DNA of 64,000 nt from an uncultured Erysipelotrichaceae bacterium (GTDB lineage: Bacteria > Bacillota_I > Bacilli_A > RF39 > UBA660), in contig CADCFX010000007.1 in the NCBI GenBank assembly GCA_902800945.1, positions 1,376-65,375 on the forward strand. Reading direction: 5' to 3'. Made by a program: the position numbers and the translations under genes. Below the pieces are notes generated by a model that saw nothing but the letters and a program-made list of their open reading frames with translations, did not search any database and was not told where the DNA came from. This document shows, piece by piece, positions 39,788 to 48,891 of the stretch. How positions within the stretch are numbered: the stretch's first letter is position 1; every line of letters starts with the position of its first letter.

Positions 39788-40633
39788 ATGGATAGGTTTA
39801 GGAGAAGCAGCTTATTGATGGTCTTGTTAATATTATTAGTATTGGTATTATCTGCTTTTACTTTATATTATGCTTTAAATAGTAGAGATAAGAAGATAGA
39901 TAAGAAGCATGTGGATAATGGTATTGTTGATAAAGTAGATGTTGAAGATTCAATACCTGATACGACGAGAGTTTATAAATCTCTTGATAAGAGTATTGGA
40001 GTAATTAATTATTTATATACTTCTTTAAATAATAAGATTACTGATATTTATAAAAGGGAAATAAATATTAGTGATATTGAACAAAATATAAAAGTATATA
40101 GTGTTTTATTGTATTTATATAATGAAAAGAATTATGATGATATAATGGAAGATGATTATAATAGATTATATGAAGGATTATATATGGATGAGAAGAAAGA
40201 CTATTATGGAAGTATAAATGCAGAGGAAGTTAAAAGCTTATATAAAAAGGTTTATAACGAAAATTTGGATGCAGGCAGTGAAATAAATATAGAAAATTAT
40301 TGTCCAATATTTAAATATGATAACGATAAGTATTATTTTGGAACATATGATTGTTCTAATGTAAGAAGTAAGATTGTAGATTATAAGTATAAATATGTAA
40401 TAGGTGATGATAGTGCTGATGTATATCTTTCTTTGGGCGTATTAGAAAATGATTATAGTTTTAAGGTATATAAGTATGATTTATATAAAGATGTTGTTTA
40501 TAAAGAAAGCGATACAGATATATTATTAGATATTAACAGGAACAATTATAATGAGTATAGTAAGTATATAGTACATTTTATAAAAGATAATGGGGAATAC
40601 TATGTTAATAGTGTGAGAAAGGTGATGAATTAA
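39788..40633 (+). CDS. Anchored protein, paralog 2 of a tandem family
   Basis: Starts 1 nt after the upstream stop. Has a TM helix and the C-terminal signature NNYNEYSKYIVHFIKDNGEYYVNSVRKV. Confidence 0.7.
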   Translation: MDRFRRSSLLMVLLILLVLVLSAFTLYYALNSRDKKIDKKHVDNGIVDKVDVEDSIPDTTRVYKSLDKSIGVINYLYTSLNNKITDIYKREINISDIEQNIKVYSVLLYLYNEKNYDDIMEDDYNRLYEGLYMDEKKDYYGSINAEEVKSLYKKVYNENLDAGSEINIENYCPIFKYDNDKYYFGTYDCSNVRSKIVDYKYKYVIGDDSADVYLSLGVLENDYSFKVYKYDLYKDVVYKESDTDILLDINRNNYNEYSKYIVHFIKDNGEYYVNSVRKVMN

Positions 40634-40634
40634 G

Positions 40635-41471
40635 ATGGAAGAGAATAGCGTAAATAAAAGTGTAGTGATATTTTTATTATCAATTTGTGTAATTAGTTTA
40701 TGTTTGGGAATATTTGCTAATTATCGGCTTATAGTAATTAGTAAAGAGAATCAAAGGATTAAAGAACAAGAAAAGGAAAAGGATAAAGTATATGGGGTTG
40801 AAGAAAAAGAAAAAGAATTAACTGATGATAGTATTATGAATGTTATTAAGAGAAACCAAGTGGTATTAAAGAATTATACTTATGATCAAATTAGTTTTAA
40901 GAAGTCAAGAATATATGAGAAGGATCAAAATAGTAATGATTTGGTTGATAGTCAGAAATTAATAGCTGTCTTATATACTTTGTTTGAAAATGATAAAGCT
41001 TATGAAGAACTTGATAGTAATAAATATCCTAATATAGTTCCTAATCCAGAAGGAAGTACTTTAATCATTAATGCAGATAGTGTTAAAAAATTGTATAAAG
41101 ATGTTTTTGGAGGGGAATTAGATATTAATATTAAATTGCCTGATGATATAAGCAATAATTTTTATTATAGTAATGAATATGATGTATATGTTATAAATGG
41201 GGGATTTGGTGGCAGTTGTAATGACGGCTCATTAACTTATGATTATAAATATACGAATGATTCTTCTAATATATATGTTTATTCGGCACATGCTTATTAT
41301 AAGAATTGTCCATATGAAGTATATAAAGATTTTGATAAGAATGAAAAATATGAGGCTCAAGATAATTTGGAGTTAGGGGAGAATAATTATCAAGATTTTT
41401 ATAAGTATAGAATAACTTATAAAAAGGAGGGAAATAAGTATTTCTTTGCTAAAATAGAAAAGATAAAATAA
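40635..41471 (+). CDS. Anchored protein, paralog 3 of a tandem family
   Basis: Starts 1 nt after the upstream stop. Has a TM helix and the C-terminal signature NNYQDFYKYRITYKKEGNKYFFAKIEKI. Shares the VKxLYKxV(F/Y) block with paralog 2. Confidence 0.7.
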   Translation: MEENSVNKSVVIFLLSICVISLCLGIFANYRLIVISKENQRIKEQEKEKDKVYGVEEKEKELTDDSIMNVIKRNQVVLKNYTYDQISFKKSRIYEKDQNSNDLVDSQKLIAVLYTLFENDKAYEELDSNKYPNIVPNPEGSTLIINADSVKKLYKDVFGGELDINIKLPDDISNNFYYSNEYDVYVINGGFGGSCNDGSLTYDYKYTNDSSNIYVYSAHAYYKNCPYEVYKDFDKNEKYEAQDNLELGENNYQDFYKYRITYKKEGNKYFFAKIEKIK

Positions 41472-41491
41472 AGGACATAAGTCCTTTTTTG
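41471..41491 (+). terminator. Rho-independent terminator after the paralog triplet
   Basis: Stem aaggac (41471-41476) with gtcctt (41481-41486), loop ataa, then a T-run. Confidence 0.7.
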
Positions 41492-41523
41492 GTGTATAAT
41501 AAAAGGAGAAGTGAGGAATAGTT

Positions 41524-42687
41524 ATGAAGAATATACCTATAACATTATTAACAGGATATTTAGGTAGTGGGAAGACAACATTACTTAATTATATACTTAA
41601 TAATAAAGAAGGAAAGAAGTTTGCTGTAATAGTAAATGATATAGGAGAAGTAAATATAGATGAAAAGTTAATTGAGAAGGATGGAATAGTATCTGGTAAA
41701 GAACAGAGTCTTGTTCCTTTGCAAAACGGCTGTATATGTTGTACCTTGAGAGGGGATTTAATAGAACAAATCAATGATATCATTGATAAAGAGAAGTTTG
41801 ATTATATTGTTATTGAGGCATCTGGTATTTGTGAACCCGTTCCTATAGCTCAAACTATTGTTGCTATGCAAGATGCTTATAAGCAATATAAAATGCCGGA
41901 ATTATGTCATTTAGATTCAATCATATCTGTAGTTGATGCCAAAAGAATGGCTGATGAATTTGGTCAAGGCAAAGATTTGTTAAATGATAAGTTAGAAGAA
42001 GATGATATAGAAAATCTTATTATTCAGCAAATAGAGTTTTGTGATGTAATAATTCTTAATAAAATAGACGAAGTTAGTAAAGAAGAATTAGAAGATGTTA
42101 GAAATGTTATTAAGGCTTTAAATCCTAAAGTTAAGATAATTGAAACTAATTATGCTAAAGTGGATTTAGATGATATATTGGATACTAAGAGTTTTGAGTT
42201 TGAAAAGGCTGCTACTTCTGCTGGATGGTTTGAAGCTTTAGAAGGTGATCATGATGATGAGGAAGAAGAACATGAACATGAACATCATCATGAACATCAT
42301 CATGATCATGATAAGGGTGAAGTGGAAGAGTACGGTATAAGTACTTTTGTATATAAAAGAAGAGAGCCAATGGATAGAAAGAAATTCTATGAATATATTG
42401 GTAAACCTTGGCCAAAGAAGATAATAAGGGTAAAAGGATTGACTTATTTTGAAGATGATAAAGATATGTCATATTTATTTGAGCAGGCTGGTAGTTTGAA
42501 AAATATAGTAGAAGCTGGTCCTTGGCTTGCTACTGCCGAACCTAAAGTGCAGGAACAAATATTGGCTGCTAATCCTGACTTGAAAAAGGATTGGGATCCT
42601 TTCTATAAAGATAGAATTATTAAATTGGTATTTATAGGAAAAGGAATGAATAAAGAAGAGATAATAAAGGAACTAGATGAAATATAG
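41524..42687 (+). CDS. CobW/G3E-family GTPase, putative zinc metallochaperone (YciC/ZigA-like)
   Basis: Walker A GYLGSGKTTLLN, CxCC motif GCICCT, and a His/Asp/Glu-rich insert EEEEHEHEHHHEHHHDHD, followed by a CobW C-terminal-type domain. Confidence 0.85.
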   Translation: MKNIPITLLTGYLGSGKTTLLNYILNNKEGKKFAVIVNDIGEVNIDEKLIEKDGIVSGKEQSLVPLQNGCICCTLRGDLIEQINDIIDKEKFDYIVIEASGICEPVPIAQTIVAMQDAYKQYKMPELCHLDSIISVVDAKRMADEFGQGKDLLNDKLEEDDIENLIIQQIEFCDVIILNKIDEVSKEELEDVRNVIKALNPKVKIIETNYAKVDLDDILDTKSFEFEKAATSAGWFEALEGDHDDEEEEHEHEHHHEHHHDHDKGEVEEYGISTFVYKRREPMDRKKFYEYIGKPWPKKIIRVKGLTYFEDDKDMSYLFEQAGSLKNIVEAGPWLATAEPKVQEQILAANPDLKKDWDPFYKDRIIKLVFIGKGMNKEEIIKELDEI

Positions 42688-42767
42688 TATTGGGAATGGA
42701 CTATAGATAATAGTTCTTTTTTCTTGTTAAAATATGTTATAATTAAGGACGTAAGAAGGGATTATTT

Positions 42768-44423
42768 ATGAAAAAAAGCTCTTTTGTAGAAGGAACTTTC
42801 ATAGCTACTTTAGCAATTATATTTACTAAAATACTAGGTATGTTATATGTTATACCTTTTTATGGTATGTTAGATGGTTTAGACGGAGGTAAAGGGACAG
42901 CTTTATACGGATATGCATATAGTATATATGTAGTATTTTTAGATATATCTTCAGCGGGTTTACCAATAGCTATTAGTAAAATTATTAATGAATATAATAC
43001 ATTAGGTATGAATGAAGCTAAGGTTAGATCTTATAAAATAGGCAAAAGAATAATGGTATTATTAGCTTTTGTAATATTTTCTTTTATGATGATATTTGCT
43101 AGACAAATAGCGCATGCTCTAATTGGTGAATTAAAGGGCGGGAATACTTTAGATGATGTGGCTTTGGCTATTAGAAGTGTATCTTTTGCAATACTAATTG
43201 TACCTTTTCTTAGTGTTACGAAAGGATATTTACAAGGACATAAGATAATTAGTATTCCTAGTTTTAGTCAAATAATAGAACAAGTTGTTAGAATAACTAT
43301 TATTTTAGCAGGTACTTATTTAACTCTTAATGTATTAAATGGTACTGTAACTACCGCAGTCTGTATATCTGTTTTTGCAGCCTTTATAGGGGGATTAGCT
43401 GCTTATTTATATATTAGAATAAAGATGAAAACAGATAAATCTGGAAATATTGATTTAGATAGGGATTATAAAAAAGATAATGTTACTAACAAAGAAATTG
43501 TAAGGAAAATTTTCTCATATGCTATACCTTTTATTATTATTAATATAGTAAGTAGCTGTTATAACTTTATTGATTTAACTTTGATAATAAGAACTATGAA
43601 TTATATAAAGTTGGATGCGGCGATGATAGAGTTTGTTTCAACTGCAACAACTACTTGGGCACCTAAAATTAATATGATCGTGACTAGTGTGGCGATGGGG
43701 ATGAGTACTTCATTGATACCAACTATGGTTACAGCTTATACTTTAAAGGATTGGAATGAAGTAAATAATAAGTTTAATCAAGCGTTACAAATATTAATAT
43801 TTGTTTCACTACCTATGACTATTGGTTTAGCTATGCTATCGAATGCTGTTTGGACTATATTTTATGGATATAACGTAAGTGGAACTATAATATTAACGTT
43901 AAATGTATTTACGGGTTTATTTTTAAATATTTACATGATTACGTCATCTGCTTTACAGGGATTAAACAAGTTTAAGATAGTGTATATATCAACAATAAGT
44001 GGATTTGCAACAAATGCTTTACTTGATGTGCCAATAATGCTTTTTTATAATAAAGTAGGTATTCCTGCATATTTAGGAGCTGTCACTGCTAGTATAATAG
44101 GGTATATACTTAGTGTAGTTATAGCATTAATAGCCTTAAGTAAAGAGTGTAAAATAGAGTATAAGAGAACGTTTAAAACCCTTATTAAGATGATGATTCC
44201 GACTATGGCTATGATAATAATTGTTTTCTTGATTGGTAAGATATACCCACTTAATGTTCATAGTAGATTATCTTGTGTATTGTATATAGCTATTAATGCT
44301 ATATTGGGAGGATTAACTTATTTTGTTATAGCATTTAAACAGGGATTGTTAGAAAAAATATTAGGTAAAAGAATGACAAATAAGATCTTAAAGATATTAA
44401 CTTTGGGTAAGGTACAAGTATAG
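42768..44423 (+). CDS. MOP-superfamily flippase (MurJ/SpoVB/Wzx-like)
   Basis: 551 aa with about 14 predicted TM helices. The N-terminus (SFVEGTFIATLAIIFTKILGMLYVIPF) is typical of polysaccharide biosynthesis / MurJ-like proteins. Confidence 0.75.
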   Translation: MKKSSFVEGTFIATLAIIFTKILGMLYVIPFYGMLDGLDGGKGTALYGYAYSIYVVFLDISSAGLPIAISKIINEYNTLGMNEAKVRSYKIGKRIMVLLAFVIFSFMMIFARQIAHALIGELKGGNTLDDVALAIRSVSFAILIVPFLSVTKGYLQGHKIISIPSFSQIIEQVVRITIILAGTYLTLNVLNGTVTTAVCISVFAAFIGGLAAYLYIRIKMKTDKSGNIDLDRDYKKDNVTNKEIVRKIFSYAIPFIIINIVSSCYNFIDLTLIIRTMNYIKLDAAMIEFVSTATTTWAPKINMIVTSVAMGMSTSLIPTMVTAYTLKDWNEVNNKFNQALQILIFVSLPMTIGLAMLSNAVWTIFYGYNVSGTIILTLNVFTGLFLNIYMITSSALQGLNKFKIVYISTISGFATNALLDVPIMLFYNKVGIPAYLGAVTASIIGYILSVVIALIALSKECKIEYKRTFKTLIKMMIPTMAMIIIVFLIGKIYPLNVHSRLSCVLYIAINAILGGLTYFVIAFKQGLLEKILGKRMTNKILKILTLGKVQV

Positions 44424-44433
44424 AGGGGATAGT

Positions 44434-45063
44434 ATGAGACTTAGAAATGTAAAGAATGCTAAAAAAATAGTTGGTAATAGTAAATATGTAATTGATAATC
44501 CTAAAGAATATAAAGGTAATTATAAAGAAGTATTTAATAATAATAATCCCATATGTTTGGAGATAGGTATGGGTAAAGGAGATTTTATTATTAATATGGC
44601 TTTAAAATATCCTGATATAAATTTTATTGGTTTAGAGAAGTATCAAAGTATTGTGGTAAGGGCTATAGAAAAACTAGAAAAATTAGAATTGAATAATTTA
44701 AAACTAATATGTATTGACGCTTTGGAATTGGGGGATATTTTCTTTAAGGAAATAGATACAATATATCTTAATTTTAGTGATCCTTGGCCCAAGAAGAGAC
44801 ACGCTAAAAGAAGATTAACATCAGATACTTTTTTGCCGATTTATGATAATGTTTTTAAAGGTGTGAAAAGAATTGTGCAGAAGACTGATAATGTAGGTTT
44901 GTTTGAATATAGTATTGTTAGTTTAAGTAAGTATGGATATAAAATTATGGATGTATCTTTAGATTTACATGCTACTGATAAGGATAATGTTATGACAGAG
45001 TATGAAAAAAAGTTTAGTAGTCAAGGAGTTAGGATAAACTATTTGGAGGCGCAAAAAAAATAA
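44434..45063 (+). CDS. trmB: tRNA (guanine-N7)-methyltransferase
   Basis: SAM-binding LEIGMGKGDF and the TrmB signature NFSDPWPKKRHAKRR. Confidence 0.9.
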   Translation: MRLRNVKNAKKIVGNSKYVIDNPKEYKGNYKEVFNNNNPICLEIGMGKGDFIINMALKYPDINFIGLEKYQSIVVRAIEKLEKLELNNLKLICIDALELGDIFFKEIDTIYLNFSDPWPKKRHAKRRLTSDTFLPIYDNVFKGVKRIVQKTDNVGLFEYSIVSLSKYGYKIMDVSLDLHATDKDNVMTEYEKKFSSQGVRINYLEAQKK

Positions 45064-45117
45064 TATTTTAATTTGCATATAATAATGGTATAATTTATTA
45101 GAAAGAGTGGAGGAATA

Positions 45118-45795
45118 ATGAAGAAGAAAGTCATATTAATTCTTTTTATCTCTTGTATTTTGTGTGGATGTACTTCTATTCAAGATAAGTCTATAGAAGA
45201 TATAATTAATAGTTCTGTTAGTAGAAATCTTAGAGTGTATAATACATATAGAAAAGGGTATAAGTATAATTTGGCCAAAGGGTTATATGCTATTGATTCT
45301 ACTGACTTTAATGAGATTATTGCAAGTAGAGATTATAAGTATTATTTATATGTAGATGGAGTAAGTTATTATAATAAGGTAATAGAAAAGTACGAGGAAA
45401 GAAAAGGTCCTTATGTATCGATGGCTATTTCTCATGAAGATAAATATGGGTATTTGGAGATTAATAAGCGTAAGGATGGGGACTATTTTGTTGAAATAAT
45501 GTACAATTATGCTAAAATAGAAGTGGTAGTTAAGAAAGAAGATATAAAGGAAACAGTTGCTAATTCTATGAACATTTTAAAATCAGTTACTTTTAATAAT
45601 ATAATACTTAAAAATGTTCTTGGAGATGAGACTACTCAAGCTAAGGAATTTGATTTTAATATTTTTGAAACTGCAAGCAGTAAGAATAGTGAATATTTGG
45701 AAGCTATTGACGCGGATATTTATCAAGAAGATAATGATGAAGTTCATGATTCTGATTTAATAGATCCTAGAGGTGATAATGATGCAAGAAAATGA
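45118..45795 (+). CDS. Lipoprotein, unknown function
   Basis: Signal peptide with a lipobox (LILFISCILCG-C). Confidence 0.7.
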   Translation: MKKKVILILFISCILCGCTSIQDKSIEDIINSSVSRNLRVYNTYRKGYKYNLAKGLYAIDSTDFNEIIASRDYKYYLYVDGVSYYNKVIEKYEERKGPYVSMAISHEDKYGYLEINKRKDGDYFVEIMYNYAKIEVVVKKEDIKETVANSMNILKSVTFNNIILKNVLGDETTQAKEFDFNIFETASSKNSEYLEAIDADIYQEDNDEVHDSDLIDPRGDNDARK

Positions 45796-46915
45796 TAATG
45801 AAAAGAAAAAAGTTGGTTTTTTTGGAAAAATAAAAAACATTCTTTTTGTTGATGATGAGGGTGATTCTGATAAAGAGGATTCTGTATTGCCAGATTATAA
45901 GGGCAGACAGGAAGAAATAGTTGAAGATCCAAAAGAAGAAAAAGAAGAGAAACAGATAATTGGTTCAAGAGTAAGTAATGCTAGAAGAGAAATGGTTGAA
46001 GAGGTTGTTGAACCAAAAGTTGAAACTATTAAAGAGGAAGATGTTGTTCAGGAAGAAAAAGAGGAAAAAGAATCTCCATTTTTCTCATTTGATGAAGATG
46101 AGTTTAAAAGACTTACTTCTAGGGTGGCAAGGAATGAAGCTAGTAATAAAGAGAAAGAAAAAGTTGAAACTTCACCAGCAAAAAATAGTTATAGTAGCAC
46201 TAATAGATATGAGAGTAGATCTAGTAATTTAAGTAGTGTTAGCAATACTTCTCATCCTGGCAAGAAGCCATTTGTTCCTTCGCCAGTTATATCGCCGGTA
46301 TATGGGGTTTTAGATAAAAATTATTCTAAAGAGGATATTGTGGATAGAAGAACCGAGAGAAAACCTAAAGATATTGATAATTTAGATAGAGTAAGAACTA
46401 AGGCTTTTGGTAATACCAAAGTTATTGAGGAAAAAGAAGAAGAGATTGAGATTAAGAGTAGAGAAGTACCTGATATTGCAGAAGTGATTGAAGAAAAGCC
46501 AATATCTCGAGAAGAGAGAAAGAAAAGAGAAGATTATAATAAAGTTGAAGAAATAGAGGATAATATTGAGATAGAAAGCCCAGTACTTGATAATAAGGTG
46601 ATTGATAGTATTGGAGATGATTATTCATCACCTATAGAAGAAGAACTGAATAATATGATTAATAGTAATGATGAAGAAGATTTCTCTAGTGAAGAAGAAA
46701 CTAATGGGGTTAGTAGAAATGCTAAATTAGATGATTTGGAAAAAACTTCAACATTAAAAATATTAGATGATATTGAAAAGGAACTTAATAGTATTAATCC
46801 TAATAATAATGAAACTAATGCTGAAAGCAATGCTGATGAGACAGTAGAAAAGGACATTTTTGATATGATTTCTTCGATGTATGAAGGAGGAGATGACGAA
46901 GATGACAACGATTAA
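45779..46915 (+). CDS. Glu/Lys-rich low-complexity protein, unknown function
   Basis: Long ORF. ATG 45779 (RBS AGAGG) is preferred over GTG 45773. It overlaps the end of the upstream lipoprotein gene. Highly acidic, with a PVISPVYGVLDKNY block. Confidence 0.6.
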   Translation: MMQENDNEKKKVGFFGKIKNILFVDDEGDSDKEDSVLPDYKGRQEEIVEDPKEEKEEKQIIGSRVSNARREMVEEVVEPKVETIKEEDVVQEEKEEKESPFFSFDEDEFKRLTSRVARNEASNKEKEKVETSPAKNSYSSTNRYESRSSNLSSVSNTSHPGKKPFVPSPVISPVYGVLDKNYSKEDIVDRRTERKPKDIDNLDRVRTKAFGNTKVIEEKEEEIEIKSREVPDIAEVIEEKPISREERKKREDYNKVEEIEDNIEIESPVLDNKVIDSIGDDYSSPIEEELNNMINSNDEEDFSSEEETNGVSRNAKLDDLEKTSTLKILDDIEKELNSINPNNNETNAESNADETVEKDIFDMISSMYEGGDDEDDND

Positions 46916-47213
46916 GTTCTTGCAGTCTTTGTTGCCAATTATAATATATATCTTGTTAATAGTTTTATTAATTATTGGTATTATAATTGGAATTAGAGCT
47001 ATAGAAACAATGAAAAAGGTTGATAAGGTAGTAGATAATGTTAATGATAAAGTAGAATCTTTAAATGGATTCTTCAATATAGTTGATTTTACTACTGATA
47101 GAATATCAATGATTACTGATAAAGTAGTTGATGGGGCTTCTCACTTATTAGGAAGTATTTTTAAAAGAAAAAAAAGAAAAAATGATGATGATGATGAAGA
47201 GGAGGAAGATTAA
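46902..47213 (+). CDS. DUF948-like (YtxG-like) membrane-anchored protein
   Basis: N-terminal TM helix LLPIIIYILLIVLLIIGIIIGI, then a helical segment and an acidic tail. Lies immediately upstream of a YtxH-like gene, as in the Bacillus ytxGH arrangement. Start 46902 (RBS GAAGGAGGA) is preferred over 46881. Confidence 0.6.
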   Translation: MTTIKFLQSLLPIIIYILLIVLLIIGIIIGIRAIETMKKVDKVVDNVNDKVESLNGFFNIVDFTTDRISMITDKVVDGASHLLGSIFKRKKRKNDDDDEEEED

Positions 47214-47214
47214 T

Positions 47215-47640
47215 ATGGGAAAGAATGGACTTGGTAAGTTTGTCGCAGGAGCTGCTGTTGGAGCAGGATTAGGATTATTGTTTTCGCCAAAATCTGGTGA
47301 AGATAATAGAAAGGAATTAAAAGCTAAACTAGATGAGTTAATTGAGCAATTAAAAGGTGTAAAAGCCGAAGATGTTAAAGATTACTTTGAAATGAAAGTT
47401 GCAGAAATTAAGAAAGATTTGTCAGAGTTAGATGGAGAAAGAGTTCTTGAAATTGCTAAGGAAAAGGGCGAGTTAGTAAAAGACAAAGTTGATGAATTAG
47501 CAGTTCAAGCAAAAGAAAAAGCTACACCAGCTATTGAGAAGACTATTTCTGATGTTAGAGAAAGAGTAATAGAGTTTTTAAAGAATACTACTAAAAAACT
47601 TGAGAAACAACGGAAAGAAGCTAAAGATAGCAAAAAATAA
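47215..47640 (+). CDS. YtxH-like protein
   Basis: The N-terminus GKFVAGAAVGAGLGLLFSPKSGEDNRKELK is the YtxH signature. Start ATG 47215 (RBS GAGGAGGAAG) is preferred over the ORF-track 47182. Confidence 0.8.
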   Translation: MGKNGLGKFVAGAAVGAGLGLLFSPKSGEDNRKELKAKLDELIEQLKGVKAEDVKDYFEMKVAEIKKDLSELDGERVLEIAKEKGELVKDKVDELAVQAKEKATPAIEKTISDVRERVIEFLKNTTKKLEKQRKEAKDSKK

Positions 47641-47666
47641 GATAACATAATTGTTATCTTTTTTAT
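47641..47666 (+). terminator. Rho-independent terminator
   Basis: Stem gataaca (47641-47647) with tgttatc (47652-47658), then a T-run. Confidence 0.7.
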
Positions 47667-47709
47667 TAGGATTAATTATGCTATACTTGACTTAATAGGA
47701 TGGTGTAAT

Positions 47710-48891
47710 ATGATGAAAAACAGGATTATTTTGATAGTGTCGATAATTATAATACTTCTGTTAGGAATATTTGTTATAAGAAATAATATAGATGATGATT
47801 TAGATAGTATTAATAAAATTGAAGATCATTCGTTTGAATTACAATTAATAAAAGAAGTAGAAAATGAAGAGAATGTACTAATAAGTCCATATTCTATTAA
47901 AATTGCTTTAAATATGTTAAAAGAAGGTACTAATGGTGATTCATTGAAGCAAATAAATAGAGTAATTGGGAATAATGATATTAATATTATAAGAAATGAT
48001 TCTGTTGGTATGGCTAATGGAGTATTTATTAAAGATAAATATAAGAAAGAAGTTAGTAATAAATATATAAAACTATTAAAGAATGATTATAAGGCGGATG
48101 TGGTTTTTGATTCGTTTCAGGGGCCAGATAGAATTAATAATTGGGTTAATGATAAAACTAAGAAAATGATTCCAAAATTGATGGATAGTATTGATAGCGA
48201 TTTTGTATTAGCTTTAGTAAATGCTTTGTCTGTGGATGTGAAATGGGCTGATCCTTTTAAGTGTGTTAATACGCAAAAAGAAATTTTTTATAAAGATGAT
48301 GGGACTCAAATAAATGTTGCTATGATGCATAAAGATAGTAACGGTATTTATTTTGAAACTGATGATGCCAAGGGTGTAGTACTACCTTATAAGGCTAAGA
48401 AAGGTAAACAATTAGAGATGATAGCTATTCTTCCAAATGAAAATCTTAAGAGCTATATTGAGCTATTTAATGATGAGGAATTGAGGAAAATAGATGATTA
48501 TAAAGAATCTAATCGTGTTTCATTATATTTCCCGAAATTTAGTTATGAATATGATTGGAAATCATTTAAAGAATCTTTACAAAATATGGGGATAAAAGAT
48601 GTTTTTGATTCCGGTAAAGCCGATTTGTCAAGGATGTTTGACGGTGCTAGTGATTATTATGTTTCTAAAGCAATACATAAGACTTATATAGATTTAGATG
48701 AAGAAGGAACTAAGGCGGCAGCGACTACCGGCTTTGTAATTAGCAAAAATGCTGCAGAGGCAGAGGACAAGATTATTATAACTTTTAATAAACCTTTTAT
48801 TTATATTATAAGAGATAAAGATAGTAATGAATTTTTGTTCTATGGGATAGTTAATCATCCTAATAAATGGGAGGGAAAGAGTTGTGAGTAA
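47710..48891 (+). CDS. Serpin (serine protease inhibitor family), N-terminally anchored
   Basis: Motifs ISPYSIKIALNMLKEGTNG, hinge EEGTKAAATTG, and the serpin signature ITFNKPFIYIIRD. An N-terminal hydrophobic helix is present. Confidence 0.85.
   Translation: MMKNRIILIVSIIIILLLGIFVIRNNIDDDLDSINKIEDHSFELQLIKEVENEENVLISPYSIKIALNMLKEGTNGDSLKQINRVIGNNDINIIRNDSVGMANGVFIKDKYKKEVSNKYIKLLKNDYKADVVFDSFQGPDRINNWVNDKTKKMIPKLMDSIDSDFVLALVNALSVDVKWADPFKCVNTQKEIFYKDDGTQINVAMMHKDSNGIYFETDDAKGVVLPYKAKKGKQLEMIAILPNENLKSYIELFNDEELRKIDDYKESNRVSLYFPKFSYEYDWKSFKESLQNMGIKDVFDSGKADLSRMFDGASDYYVSKAIHKTYIDLDEEGTKAAATTGFVISKNAAEAEDKIIITFNKPFIYIIRDKDSNEFLFYGIVNHPNKWEGKSCE

Noticed and set aside
41589-42472. Minus-strand ORFs 41589-41783 and 42212-42472 (the latter also His-rich)
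   Set aside because: They are antisense to the CobW-type GTPase. The His/Asp-rich run is the complement-frame echo of the GAA/CAT/GAT repeat in the real gene.
45744-47077. ORFs 45744-45968 (-), 45978-46232 (+), 46621-46908 (-) and 46763-47077 (-)
   Set aside because: They are alternative frames of the purine-rich (GAA/AAA) acidic-protein gene and the DUF948-like gene. Such repeats keep several frames open.
47182-47214. Poly-Met/Lys N-terminal extension of the YtxH-like gene
   Set aside because: It reads through the acidic tail of the upstream gene. ATG 47215 follows a strong GAGGAGG RBS and gives the canonical YtxH N-terminus.
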